NCBI GenBank assembly: GCA_964467385.1
Contig: CAYXQC010000001.1
Coordinates: 7,896 to 71,895 of the forward strand
Direction: 5' to 3'
Length of the DNA stretch: 64,000 bases
DNA from: an uncultured Candidatus Saccharibacteria bacterium
GTDB taxonomy: Bacteria > Patescibacteriota > Minisyncoccia > Phycocordibacterales > CAIZLB01
Shown here: positions 10,627-19,607 of the stretch, piece after piece
How the letters are laid out: each line of letters starts with the position of its first letter
How positions within the stretch are numbered: position 1 is the first letter of the stretch
The notes under the pieces: generated by a model
The model's input: only the letters and a program-made list of their open reading frames with translations
Databases searched by the model: none
Told to the model about the DNA's origin: nothing
Translations under genes and position numbers: made by a program

Positions 10627-13044
10627 ATGAACAAGACACTTCACAAATCAATCCTGTATAGCATTATTGGCCTTTTGTACATTTCATTACTCGTCCCGCT
10701 TCTTATTTCAACTTCACTCTTTTTTCCATATATCACAGGGAAAGCTTTCCTCTTTAGGGGAGCGGTAGAGCTTGCGGCACTCCTATATATAGTATTAGTT
10801 ATTTTCGATAAGCGATATCTACCTAAACGTGGGCTAATCATGTGGTCTGTACTTGCGTTTACGGCAGTTCTGGGTATTGCATGTTTCTTTGCTGAAGATC
10901 CTGCAAAAAGTTTTTGGAGTAATTATGAGCGAATGGAAGGGTATGTAACAGTTATTCACCTTTTTCTTTTCTTTGTTGTTTCTTCTGCAATCTTTCGAAC
11001 TAAGCAGGCTTGGGAGCGACTTTTAAAAGTTTCAGTTGTTGTCAGTGTGATTGTCGGATTTAGAGCTTTTGCGGATTACGATACTAGTCGTGACTCGAAT
11101 CTTTTAGTCGAAACTATGAAAGGTGTTGGCTATTTTGTGAAAGTTTTGTTTGGTGGTACCGAAGGAACTATCCGTATTGCCGGATCTCTTGGGAACTCAA
11201 GTTACCTTGGTGTCTATTCACTCCTCCATACTTTTATTGGTGCTTCACTTTTGATTCAATTAAAAAGTATTAAAAAATTCATTGAAGCTCGGGTTGCATA
11301 TATTGGTTATATTGTAGCAATCTTGTTCAACTTATTTGTTCTCTATAACACTGGTACTCGAGGTTCATTTGTGGGGCTCGTAGCAGGTGTATTTGTATTC
11401 GCTATTATTCCGCTAATTTTTATTTTGTCGAATAAAGTTAAAGTTGATGATCAGACAAAGAAAGTTATTAAAAAGACAAGTATCATTGTGGTTGCTTGTA
11501 TTGTGGTGATCGTTGGTTTCCTTGGTATAAATAAAAATGCAGATTTTGTGAAAAGATCGGATCTTTTGAGTCGATTCAGTTCACTTATCACTTTTGATCT
11601 TGTAGAGGTAATGCAAACACAAGGTAAAGCTCGAACTCTCCTCTGGGGGATGGCTTGGGAAGGTGTAAAAGAACGACCTCTTCTCGGTTGGGGTCAAGAT
11701 AATTTCCATTATGTATTTGCAAAATACTACGATCCTCAAATGTATGGTCAGGAACAATGGTTTGATCGTACTCACAATGTATTTCTTGATTGGTTGATTG
11801 CTGGTGGTGTACTTGGCCTTGCTGGATATCTGAGCTTGTTTGTTGCACTTCTTCTTGCTCTCTGGAAAAAAGTACGACTCAATAAAAATGAAATGTATGA
11901 TCTGTTACAGAAAGCTCTCTTCACTGGACTTCTTGTTGCATATTTTGTACACAATTTGTTCATCTTCGATAACCTCGTAAGCTATATTATTTTCTTTATC
12001 TTGCTTGCGTATATTCATGAGCAATCAATGAATCCTGAGAATATGATCGTAAGTTCCTCTCAAGATGCAGCGGTAAGAGCACCTAAAGAGGGTATTTGGT
12101 TTGCAAATATGAAGATGTATTTTGAAAGTATGGTATTAAAATCAGTACTTGTTGTGCTTGTTATTTTGATTTCGTTCTACTCAATGTACACGGTCATCTG
12201 GAAGCCAATAATGGCTGGACGAACTTTGATCAAAGCGTTACAGATAAGCCAACCTGGTGCACTTGCAGTACTTGGACCTGAAAAAGCATCACCTGCGAAT
12301 GTGCTTACATACTTTAAACAGGCCCTTGCGTATAATACGTTCGGTAATACTGAAATTAGAGAACGACTGGCTGAGACAACTCCAACTGTTATTACTAATG
12401 AAAAAGATCAGGAAGTGGTCAAAGGATTCACTGATCTATTAGGACAGGAGTTTGATCGTGCGATCAAGGAAACTCCAAACGATCCTCGACCATATATCTT
12501 TGTTACATTGTATCTTCAAAAGTTTGGTCTCTTCAACCAATCGTTACCGTATGTTGAAAAAGCAATCTCTCTTTCTCCGAATAAACAATCATTCATTTTC
12601 CAAAAAGGTGTGATTGAGCTTTCAACGAATCAGTTTACAAAGGCAGCTGAGACATTCAAAACGGCGTATGAACTTGCTCCAGAAAGTGATGAATCAAAAC
12701 TCTTATATGCAATGGCACTTGTCTTTGCTGATAAATTTAGCGAAGCGAAAACAATCATAGGTGACAATCTTACAATTAAAACTGATGAGAGATATCTGAA
12801 TGCTCTTCTTCAAAAGAAGCAGTACACTGAGATTATTACAATTGCAAAAGAAAAAGAAGCAACTGATCCAAGTAATCCTCAGGTTCACATGTCACTCGCT
12901 GGACTCTATCTCAAGATGGGGCGAAGAGCTGAAGCTATCGCTGAAATCCAGAAAACTATCGCACTTGCTCCTGATTTCAAAGAAGCGGGTGAACAATATA
13001 TCCAGCAGATTCGAGAAGGGAAAGATCCATCAGCTGGAATCTAA
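10627..13044 (+). CDS. O-antigen ligase/polymerase-like (Wzy_C) membrane protein with C-terminal TPR repeats
   Basis: Multi-TM with NSSYLGVY...GTRGSFVGL, typical of O-antigen ligase. The C-terminal 250 aa are TPR-like. The ATG at 10627 (MNKTLHK) is preferred over the track's TTG at 10585. TAA stop. Confidence 0.65.
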   Translation: MNKTLHKSILYSIIGLLYISLLVPLLISTSLFFPYITGKAFLFRGAVELAALLYIVLVIFDKRYLPKRGLIMWSVLAFTAVLGIACFFAEDPAKSFWSNYERMEGYVTVIHLFLFFVVSSAIFRTKQAWERLLKVSVVVSVIVGFRAFADYDTSRDSNLLVETMKGVGYFVKVLFGGTEGTIRIAGSLGNSSYLGVYSLLHTFIGASLLIQLKSIKKFIEARVAYIGYIVAILFNLFVLYNTGTRGSFVGLVAGVFVFAIIPLIFILSNKVKVDDQTKKVIKKTSIIVVACIVVIVGFLGINKNADFVKRSDLLSRFSSLITFDLVEVMQTQGKARTLLWGMAWEGVKERPLLGWGQDNFHYVFAKYYDPQMYGQEQWFDRTHNVFLDWLIAGGVLGLAGYLSLFVALLLALWKKVRLNKNEMYDLLQKALFTGLLVAYFVHNLFIFDNLVSYIIFFILLAYIHEQSMNPENMIVSSSQDAAVRAPKEGIWFANMKMYFESMVLKSVLVVLVILISFYSMYTVIWKPIMAGRTLIKALQISQPGALAVLGPEKASPANVLTYFKQALAYNTFGNTEIRERLAETTPTVITNEKDQEVVKGFTDLLGQEFDRAIKETPNDPRPYIFVTLYLQKFGLFNQSLPYVEKAISLSPNKQSFIFQKGVIELSTNQFTKAAETFKTAYELAPESDESKLLYAMALVFADKFSEAKTIIGDNLTIKTDERYLNALLQKKQYTEIITIAKEKEATDPSNPQVHMSLAGLYLKMGRRAEAIAEIQKTIALAPDFKEAGEQYIQQIREGKDPSAGI

Positions 13045-13086
13045 ACCCGAGTGGTAATACGAGCCTGAAAGTTCTGTGAATTAAAC

Positions 13087-14037
13087 ATGAAGAAAGATTC
13101 AAAAATATATGTTGCTGGACACAAAGGAATGGTGGGTTCTGCAATCGTGCGACAGCTTGAAAATGCAGGTCACACAAATATCATTACTCGTACACGGCAA
13201 GAACTGAATCTTTTGAATCAACAGGCAGTGCATGATTTTTTCAGTGTCGAGAAACCGGAATACATTTTCTTGGCCGCAGCAAAAGTTGGTGGCATCATGG
13301 CAAATAATACAGAGCGTGCAGATTTCATTTATGAAAATCTGATGGTAGAAGCAAATGTTATTCATGCTGCATACGAATTATCACGAGAAAATCCCGCCAC
13401 GAAACTCTTGTTCCTTGGTTCATCTTGCATCTATCCACGTATGGCGCCGCAGCCCTTGAAGGAGGAATATTTGTTGTCTGGTCCTCTTGAGCAAACAAAT
13501 GAACCGTATGCTATCGCAAAAATTGCCGGCATTAAGCTCTGTGAAAGTTACAAGCGTCAGTATGGCTGCAACTTCATTTCTGTTATGCCGACAAATTTGT
13601 ATGGTCCAAATGATAATTATGATCTCAACGGTTCACACGTATTACCAGCACTTCTCCGAAAATTTCACACTGCCAAAGTTTCCGGTGCTGACAAAGTGGA
13701 GTTGTGGGGGACAGGTGCACCACTTCGTGAATTCATGCATGTAAATGATTTAGCGCGAGCATGTGTATTTCTAATGAATACATATAACGAAGAAGGGTTC
13801 GTGAACATTGGTATTGGCGAGGATATTACAATTCGAGCACTTGCAGAGATGGTAAAAGAGGTCATTGGTTTCGATGGTGAAATTGTATTTGATGCTTCAA
13901 AGCCGGATGGTACTCCACGAAAACTGATGGATGTGTCAAAGTTGAGTGCACTTGGATTTAAAGCGGAGATTGGGCTAAAAGAGGGAATTATGGATGTGTA
14001 CTCAGAAGTTGTGTCAAGTGGAATTTTAACTAGATAG
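13087..14037 (+). CDS. fcl: GDP-L-fucose synthase (GDP-4-keto-6-deoxy-D-mannose 3,5-epimerase/4-reductase)
   Basis: KIYVAGHKGMVGSAIVRQL Rossmann N-terminus plus YAIAK and other conserved blocks of Fcl/WcaG. 316 aa. Confidence 0.85.
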   Translation: MKKDSKIYVAGHKGMVGSAIVRQLENAGHTNIITRTRQELNLLNQQAVHDFFSVEKPEYIFLAAAKVGGIMANNTERADFIYENLMVEANVIHAAYELSRENPATKLLFLGSSCIYPRMAPQPLKEEYLLSGPLEQTNEPYAIAKIAGIKLCESYKRQYGCNFISVMPTNLYGPNDNYDLNGSHVLPALLRKFHTAKVSGADKVELWGTGAPLREFMHVNDLARACVFLMNTYNEEGFVNIGIGEDITIRALAEMVKEVIGFDGEIVFDASKPDGTPRKLMDVSKLSALGFKAEIGLKEGIMDVYSEVVSSGILTR

Positions 14038-14072
14038 GAGATTATGGTTAGGTAAAATTAAATATATATAAT

Positions 14073-14264
14073 ATGGCAATAAAACCGAAGTGCGATCATT
14101 GCATCAAAGAGTTGGTTGATTACGGTGCAATATTGCTTAGTCCTCCAGATCAGAAAAACAAAGTTGTGAAATTTCATATTTGCAAAGCTTGCTACAAAAT
14201 TATGTCGGATGAATTGAAGAGCGTAAGGAAATTTTTTCAAAAGAAAAAGTATTTTTTAAAATAA
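14073..14264 (+). CDS. Small zinc-ribbon protein (CxxC...CxxC)
   Basis: 63 aa with CDHC and CKAC pairs. Confidence 0.4.
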   Translation: MAIKPKCDHCIKELVDYGAILLSPPDQKNKVVKFHICKACYKIMSDELKSVRKFFQKKKYFLK

Positions 14265-14311
14265 ATTATTTGTTTAATTTTTTTAAATATTTTTTTGAAA
14301 AAATAAAAAAT

Positions 14312-14330
14312 AAAAGTTATCCACACTTTT
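14312..14330. promoter_or_regulatory. Dyad element AAAAGT-TATCCAC-ACTTTT containing a perfect DnaA-box consensus TTATCCACA
   Basis: Seen in sequence. A near-identical copy lies at 28133-28149 upstream of the giant surface-protein gene. Confidence 0.4.
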
Positions 14331-14343
14331 TTTAAAAAAAATA

Positions 14344-14372
14344 TTGCGAGTAATGTAAATGAAAGAGATAAT
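14344..14372 (+). promoter_or_regulatory. Putative sigma70-type promoter (-35 TTGCGA, 17-nt spacer, -10 GATAAT)
   Basis: Hexamer match and spacing, located upstream of the micro-ORF/secA leader. Confidence 0.35.
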
Positions 14373-14441
14373 TAGTACATGGTTAGTGATATTGGTCACC
14401 ATCGCTAACACTTACCAATAATTGTTCCTTACTTCAATACC

Positions 14442-14513
14442 ATGGCAGTTAAAAAGAAAGCAAAGAAGGCAGCAAAGAAGTCAAAAAAGAAGGCTTCAAA
14501 AAAGAAGAAATAA
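14442..14513 (+). CDS. 23-codon poly-lysine micro-ORF (MAVKKKAKKAAKKSKKKASKKKK) upstream of secA
   Basis: ATG...TAA open frame that the ORF track omits because it is too short. It lies between the putative promoter and a long hairpin. Confidence 0.35.
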   Translation: MAVKKKAKKAAKKSKKKASKKKK

Positions 14514-14530
14514 TCTTCTGCTACTCACTT

Positions 14531-14570
14531 AACAAAACATCTCGGAGTAAAATCCGGGGTGTTTTGTTTT
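14531..14570 (+). terminator. 16-bp hairpin (two G-U pairs, loop GTAAAA) with U-rich 3' side; intrinsic terminator or attenuator between the micro-ORF and secA
   Basis: aacaaaacatctcgga / tccggggtgttttgtt are complementary. It begins 18 nt after the micro-ORF stop and ends 30 nt before the secA ATG. Confidence 0.5.
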
Positions 14571-14598
14571 GTGAAATTATGCTAAAGTAGGCATCACT

Positions 14599-17238
14599 AT
14601 GACAATACTTACTTCGATATTTGGTACACGTTCGAGTCGGGAAGTGAAGCGGTATCAAAAAATTGTTCAGAAAATCAACGCCCTTGAACCTCAAATCAAG
14701 GCTCTTTCCGATGAAGAACTCAAAGCTAAGACTACTCAATTTAAGACACAGATTTCAGAAAAATGCAACACAAACAATACTGCAGAGGAAAATTCAATTT
14801 TGAATGAAATCTTGCCAGAAGCTTTTGCTGTTGTACGAGAAGCGTCACGACGAGCTCTTGGTCAACGACATTACGATGTGCAACTTATTGGTGGAATGAT
14901 TATCCACGAAGGAAAAATTGCTGAGATGAAAACTGGTGAAGGGAAGACTTTGATGGCAACACTTGCTGTGTATCTCAATGCTCTTACAGGAAAGGGTGTA
15001 CACCTCATCACCGTAAACGATTACCTTGCCAGACGAGATGCTTCATGGATGGGTCAGATTTATCACAAGCTTGGCCTCACTACAGGTGTGATAAATGACG
15101 GCTCTACATATATATTTGATATTGAACATGTTGGAGCAAAAGATGTTGCACCGACTGAAATTGCTGCCACAGAAACTAATGCTCATACAAAAGAAGAAGT
15201 AGAAAAAGAAGTAACTGAAGCTTCAAAAGAAAATGAAAATAGTGCATTTAAAGTGGGATATGAATTTCTGAAACCGGCCACAAAGCGTGAGGCATATCAT
15301 GCTGATATTACATATGGTACGAACAATCAATTTGGATTCGATTATCTAAGAGACAATATTGAACATTCTGTAACTGAAATTCGTCAGCGAGAATTCAACT
15401 TTGCTATTGTAGACGAAGTCGATTCTATCCTCATCGATGAAGCAAGAACTCCGCTTATTATTTCTTCACCAACTGCCGAATCGGAAAGTTTGTACGTAAC
15501 ATTCGCAGACATTGCAAAAAAACTAAATCGAGATGAACATTTTACTGTTGATGAAAAGTTTAAGACTATCGCTATGACCGAAAAAGGTATCGATGAGGCA
15601 GAAAAACTTCTCGGTGTTTCAAACATTTATACCGAAGGTGGTATCAAATATGTACATCATCTGGAAACTGCAGTACGAGCGAAGGCTCTATATCATAATG
15701 ATGTTGAATATATTGTTAAGAATGGAGAGGTGATGATTGTTGACCCTTCGACTGGACGGCTCCAGCCAGGACGACGATGGTCAGAAGGCCTACATCAAGC
15801 TATTGAAGCTAAAGAAGGTGTGAAGATCCAGAAGGAAAGTCGAACATTCGCTTCTATTACATTTCAAAACTATTTTCGAATGTACCCAAAGCTTGCTGGT
15901 ATGACAGGTACAGGTATGACAAGTGCAGAAGAATTTCTCAAGGTGTATGGTCTTGATGTGATCGAAGTTCCGACACATCGTCCGGTTGCCCGACTTGATC
16001 GACAAGATTTTATTTTCCAGAACGAAAAGGGGAAGTTTATAGCTATTACAAAAAAGATCAAAGAACTTCACCAAAAAGGTCAGCCTGTTCTTGTTGGTAC
16101 GGTTTCGATTGAAAAAAATCAGCTCCTCTCGGATTATCTCAAACGAGAAGGTATTCCTCACGCACTTCTTAATGCCAAGCCAGAATTTGCAGAAAAAGAA
16201 GGTCAGATTGTAGCTGAAGCTGGTAAACGTGGTGCTGTAACCATTGCGACAAACATGGCTGGTCGAGGTGTAGACATTAAGTTGGGTGGTGCGCACGGTA
16301 ATGCTGCAGAGATAAAAGAACTTGGTGGTCTTTATGTGCTTGGTACTGAACGACATGAGGCGCGACGAATTGATAATCAGCTTCGAGGACGATCAGGACG
16401 ACAAGGTGATCCAGGAGAAACCCAATTTTTCGTATCCATGGAGGACGATTTGATGCGTATTTTTGCGAGTGATACGGTGAAGAAAATGATGACACGATTG
16501 AACATCCCGGAAGATGAACCTATTCAGCACAGCATGATTAGCCGGTCTCTCGAATCTGCTCAGCGGAAAATTGAAGGTTTTCATTTTGATTCTCGAAAAC
16601 ATGTACTTGAATATGATGATGTCTTGAATCAGCAGCGACTTAAGGTTTATAGTCGAAGAAAGAAAATTCTCCTTGGAGAACCAAAAGATGTAGAAGAAAT
16701 TTTGAATACCATTCTTCTTAAAGCGACTGAAGCACAAAAAATTGCGATCGAAGAAAATCGAAAACGATTTACTCAGGCGAGTGAGCCAGAACAACCGCTC
16801 AATTTCCTTCGAACAGCTCGTGGTGTGATGCTTCAGACAATCGATCTATTCTGGATTGATCATCTTGAGCTGATGGACTATATGAGATCAAGTGTGAATC
16901 TTCGGGCGTACGGCCAGCGTGACCCTCTTGTGGAATATAAGCGAGAAGGCCTCATTTTCTTTAGACAAATGGAAGAATCGGTTGACCAAGAAATCATCAG
17001 AATTCTCGCACAAGTTCAGGGTGAAGTCGGCGTAGGGACAAATATACCTGTCGTGGAACTTCGACCGTCTGCTGACGCAAGTAGTATTGTTGGTGAAGCT
17101 ATTGCAGAAGCCAAAAAGATTGATGGGGCTCGAGTGATTACTGTAGGTGCAAATGGTTCTGCTGAAGACAAGGTTGGCCGAAATGATCCTTGTCCTTGTG
17201 GGAGTGGGAAGAAGTACAAAAAGTGCCACGGAGCGTAG
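14599..17238 (+). CDS. secA: Preprotein translocase ATPase SecA
   Basis: MKTGEGKT Walker [20 protein letters not shown]-terminal zinc finger [14 protein letters not shown]. 879 aa. Confidence 0.95.
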   Translation: MTILTSIFGTRSSREVKRYQKIVQKINALEPQIKALSDEELKAKTTQFKTQISEKCNTNNTAEENSILNEILPEAFAVVREASRRALGQRHYDVQLIGGMIIHEGKIAEMKTGEGKTLMATLAVYLNALTGKGVHLITVNDYLARRDASWMGQIYHKLGLTTGVINDGSTYIFDIEHVGAKDVAPTEIAATETNAHTKEEVEKEVTEASKENENSAFKVGYEFLKPATKREAYHADITYGTNNQFGFDYLRDNIEHSVTEIRQREFNFAIVDEVDSILIDEARTPLIISSPTAESESLYVTFADIAKKLNRDEHFTVDEKFKTIAMTEKGIDEAEKLLGVSNIYTEGGIKYVHHLETAVRAKALYHNDVEYIVKNGEVMIVDPSTGRLQPGRRWSEGLHQAIEAKEGVKIQKESRTFASITFQNYFRMYPKLAGMTGTGMTSAEEFLKVYGLDVIEVPTHRPVARLDRQDFIFQNEKGKFIAITKKIKELHQKGQPVLVGTVSIEKNQLLSDYLKREGIPHALLNAKPEFAEKEGQIVAEAGKRGAVTIATNMAGRGVDIKLGGAHGNAAEIKELGGLYVLGTERHEARRIDNQLRGRSGRQGDPGETQFFVSMEDDLMRIFASDTVKKMMTRLNIPEDEPIQHSMISRSLESAQRKIEGFHFDSRKHVLEYDDVLNQQRLKVYSRRKKILLGEPKDVEEILNTILLKATEAQKIAIEENRKRFTQASEPEQPLNFLRTARGVMLQTIDLFWIDHLELMDYMRSSVNLRAYGQRDPLVEYKREGLIFFRQMEESVDQEIIRILAQVQGEVGVGTNIPVVELRPSADASSIVGEAIAEAKKIDGARVITVGANGSAEDKVGRNDPCPCGSGKKYKKCHGA

Positions 17239-17281
17239 TTAAAGATTGTAAATTCACCCCAAACGAGCTAACATTATATAT

Positions 17282-18283
17282 ATGAATACTAAATATCAGA
17301 GCATTTTCTTTGCCACTGTTTTTCTTGTTATAAGCGTTCTTAGTGTACTTATATTTCAATCGTTTCTAATACCTCTCATCTTGTCTGCGATAGTGGCGAT
17401 TCTCGTTGCGCCACTTCATCAAAAAATTCTCCAAAAGATGCGGTCAAAAAACTTGGCTGCGGTGACAACCGTACTTCTCATTGTTATTCTAATACTCGTT
17501 CCTTTAGCTTTTTTGGCAAATCGAATTATCTCAGAAGCTCAGGGTTTGTACCTAACAATTGCTTCTGGTGAGATGGTTTCAGTCGATGCTGTAACACATA
17601 AAGTTGAGACTGTTGTTAAATCATATATTCCAGACTTTAAGTTTAACGTACGAGAGTACCTTGCCGGATTCTCGGCTTGGATTCTTGGAGCGGTCGGTGG
17701 AATTTTCTCCGGTACTCTAGACCTCTTTGTAAAATTCATCCTTGGACTTATTGCACTCTTTTACTTCATACGGGACGGGGAAGAGTTCAAAGAACAACTT
17801 TCATCACTGAGTCCGCTTTCACAAGATAAAGATGACATGATAGCTCACTCTATTAAATCATCTATTGGCTCTGTAGTACTCGGTTCATTGGTTGTGGCAC
17901 TGGTCCAAGGTGTTTTATCCGGTATTGGCTTTGCAATCTTCGGCGTACCAAATTCAGTACTTTGGGGAACTGTAGCTGGTATCGCGGCTCTGGTGCCTGG
18001 TGTTGGTACAGCACTGGTCTGGATACCTGCGGTAATTTACCTCTTCTTCTATGGAAGTTACGGTGTATGGGTAGGACAGATCATTTGGTCTATAGTTTTT
18101 GTGGGTCTTGTCGACAATGTACTTGCACCATTTATCATCAATAAAGGTGTAAATATTCATCCACTTTTCATTCTCTTTTCAATACTTGGTGGCCTCCAGT
18201 ACTTTGGCCCTGAAGGATTTCTTCTTGGTCCACTTTCGGTAAGTCTTTTGTTTGTACTTGTGAAGGTGATAAAGACCAATTAA
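17282..18283 (+). CDS. AI-2E family transporter (UPF0118/PerM-like)
   Basis: 8-TM topology and conserved C-terminal blocks typical of the family. Confidence 0.7.
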   Translation: MNTKYQSIFFATVFLVISVLSVLIFQSFLIPLILSAIVAILVAPLHQKILQKMRSKNLAAVTTVLLIVILILVPLAFLANRIISEAQGLYLTIASGEMVSVDAVTHKVETVVKSYIPDFKFNVREYLAGFSAWILGAVGGIFSGTLDLFVKFILGLIALFYFIRDGEEFKEQLSSLSPLSQDKDDMIAHSIKSSIGSVVLGSLVVALVQGVLSGIGFAIFGVPNSVLWGTVAGIAALVPGVGTALVWIPAVIYLFFYGSYGVWVGQIIWSIVFVGLVDNVLAPFIINKGVNIHPLFILFSILGGLQYFGPEGFLLGPLSVSLLFVLVKVIKTN

Positions 18284-18386
18284 ACAAATCTACTCTGGTT
18301 TGTGACAGTGAATAACTGTAAGAAATTGATTCCCGCCCGGCCAGCTAAAAGTACCCCTAAAAGCCTAAAAATGCTAAAATAGCCCT

Positions 18387-19430
18387 ATGATATTAAGGCC
18401 GATACTCATCTTGGTCATATTCTTTGGTACCTTGTTCTATTTTAGAGAACCGTTGCAAAACGTTGCCCCATCCTTTAGTCAACTTCACTCTGAGTACGCA
18501 GATTCGTTTAAGAAGTTTTTCAAAGAAGTTACTTCGGCCTCATCAACGACTCTTTTTGGTGTGAGTCAAAATTATATTCCATTTTTCTCTGGATCAAACT
18601 CTACGACTTCCGGTTACAAAACTTCTACTGTAACAACGATTGATGATCCTCAGGGTGATCTGCAGGGTGGCAGAGGAACATCATCGGCAAACCAAGGTGG
18701 AGTGCTTGGAACAGTTTCGGTTACTGGAAAAAACGGCGAACTACTTCCTGTGATTTCAAATCAAAATGAGGCAAGTCTGTCTGTGCAAGGTATTATTCTT
18801 GGCACAAATGCTGAACGTCAAAAACAAGGCCTCCCGTATTTGAATGTAAATAAGAAATTAACAGAATCTGCAGAATCAAAACTTCAGGATATGTTTAAAA
18901 ATCAGTATTTTGAACATATGTCTCCATCTGGTGACAGCGTATCTGATGTTGTTAGAAAAACTGGCTATGATTATATAGTAGTAGGTGAAAATCTTGCGCT
19001 GGGTGTTTTCTCTGGCGACAGTCAGGTGGTTGCGGCATGGATGGCAAGTCCGGGACATCGAAAAAATATTCTAGATTCACGATATCAGGAAATAGGGATC
19101 GCTATTGGTCAGGGAACATATCAAGGTCGAAAGCAGTGGCTCATTGTACAGCACTTCGGTAAGCCGCTCTCATCGTGCCCATCTCCAAGTGATTCGTTGA
19201 AAAAATCGATCGAAACTCAAAAGGCAGAAGTTGCTGCACTTGAAAATAGGATCGCTGAAACCCGAAAGGAAATCGATAGTGCAACTGGTGATGCGTATGT
19301 AGAGAAAGCTAATGAGTATAATACTCTTGTAATTGACTACAACACTAAGCTTACTATGCTCAAACAGTCTATCGATTCTTACAACACAACCGTGCGACAA
19401 TTCAATACATGTGCAGGGATAGCTGAATAG
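18387..19430 (+). CDS. Secreted CAP/SCP (PR-1-like) domain protein with C-terminal coiled coil
   Basis: GENLALGVFSGDSQVVAAWMASPGHRKNILDSRYQEIGIAIG matches the CAP-domain motifs. Confidence 0.65.
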   Translation: MILRPILILVIFFGTLFYFREPLQNVAPSFSQLHSEYADSFKKFFKEVTSASSTTLFGVSQNYIPFFSGSNSTTSGYKTSTVTTIDDPQGDLQGGRGTSSANQGGVLGTVSVTGKNGELLPVISNQNEASLSVQGIILGTNAERQKQGLPYLNVNKKLTESAESKLQDMFKNQYFEHMSPSGDSVSDVVRKTGYDYIVVGENLALGVFSGDSQVVAAWMASPGHRKNILDSRYQEIGIAIGQGTYQGRKQWLIVQHFGKPLSSCPSPSDSLKKSIETQKAEVAALENRIAETRKEIDSATGDAYVEKANEYNTLVIDYNTKLTMLKQSIDSYNTTVRQFNTCAGIAE

Positions 19431-19488
19431 AGAATAAAAATCCTTTTCTTCGTTGTGTCACTCATCTTACTAGAGGATAAAAAAAGTG

Positions 19489-19607
19489 GATGAGAAAATA
19501 TGCATGCCTTGCGGAGGCTTATATTCTGCTGAATATAAGCTGAGCAGAGCAAAAATTCTGGAGAATTTTATGCGTAGTATGCATGTTTTCGAAGAAGCTT
19601 TTATCCC
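19489..19607 (+). repeat. Intergenic repeat element, type A (about 115 bp, two internal hairpins)
   Basis: About 85% identical to the reverse complement of 37441-37554. Hairpins gcttatattc/gaatataagc and aaaattct/agaatttt. Confidence 0.65.

Noticed and set aside
15790-16356. 188-aa ORF (plus several 60-130-aa ORFs) antisense to secA
   Set aside because: It lies entirely within the strongly supported secA CDS on the opposite strand and has Cys/Phe-rich junk-like composition. It is a typical antisense artefact of a long gene.
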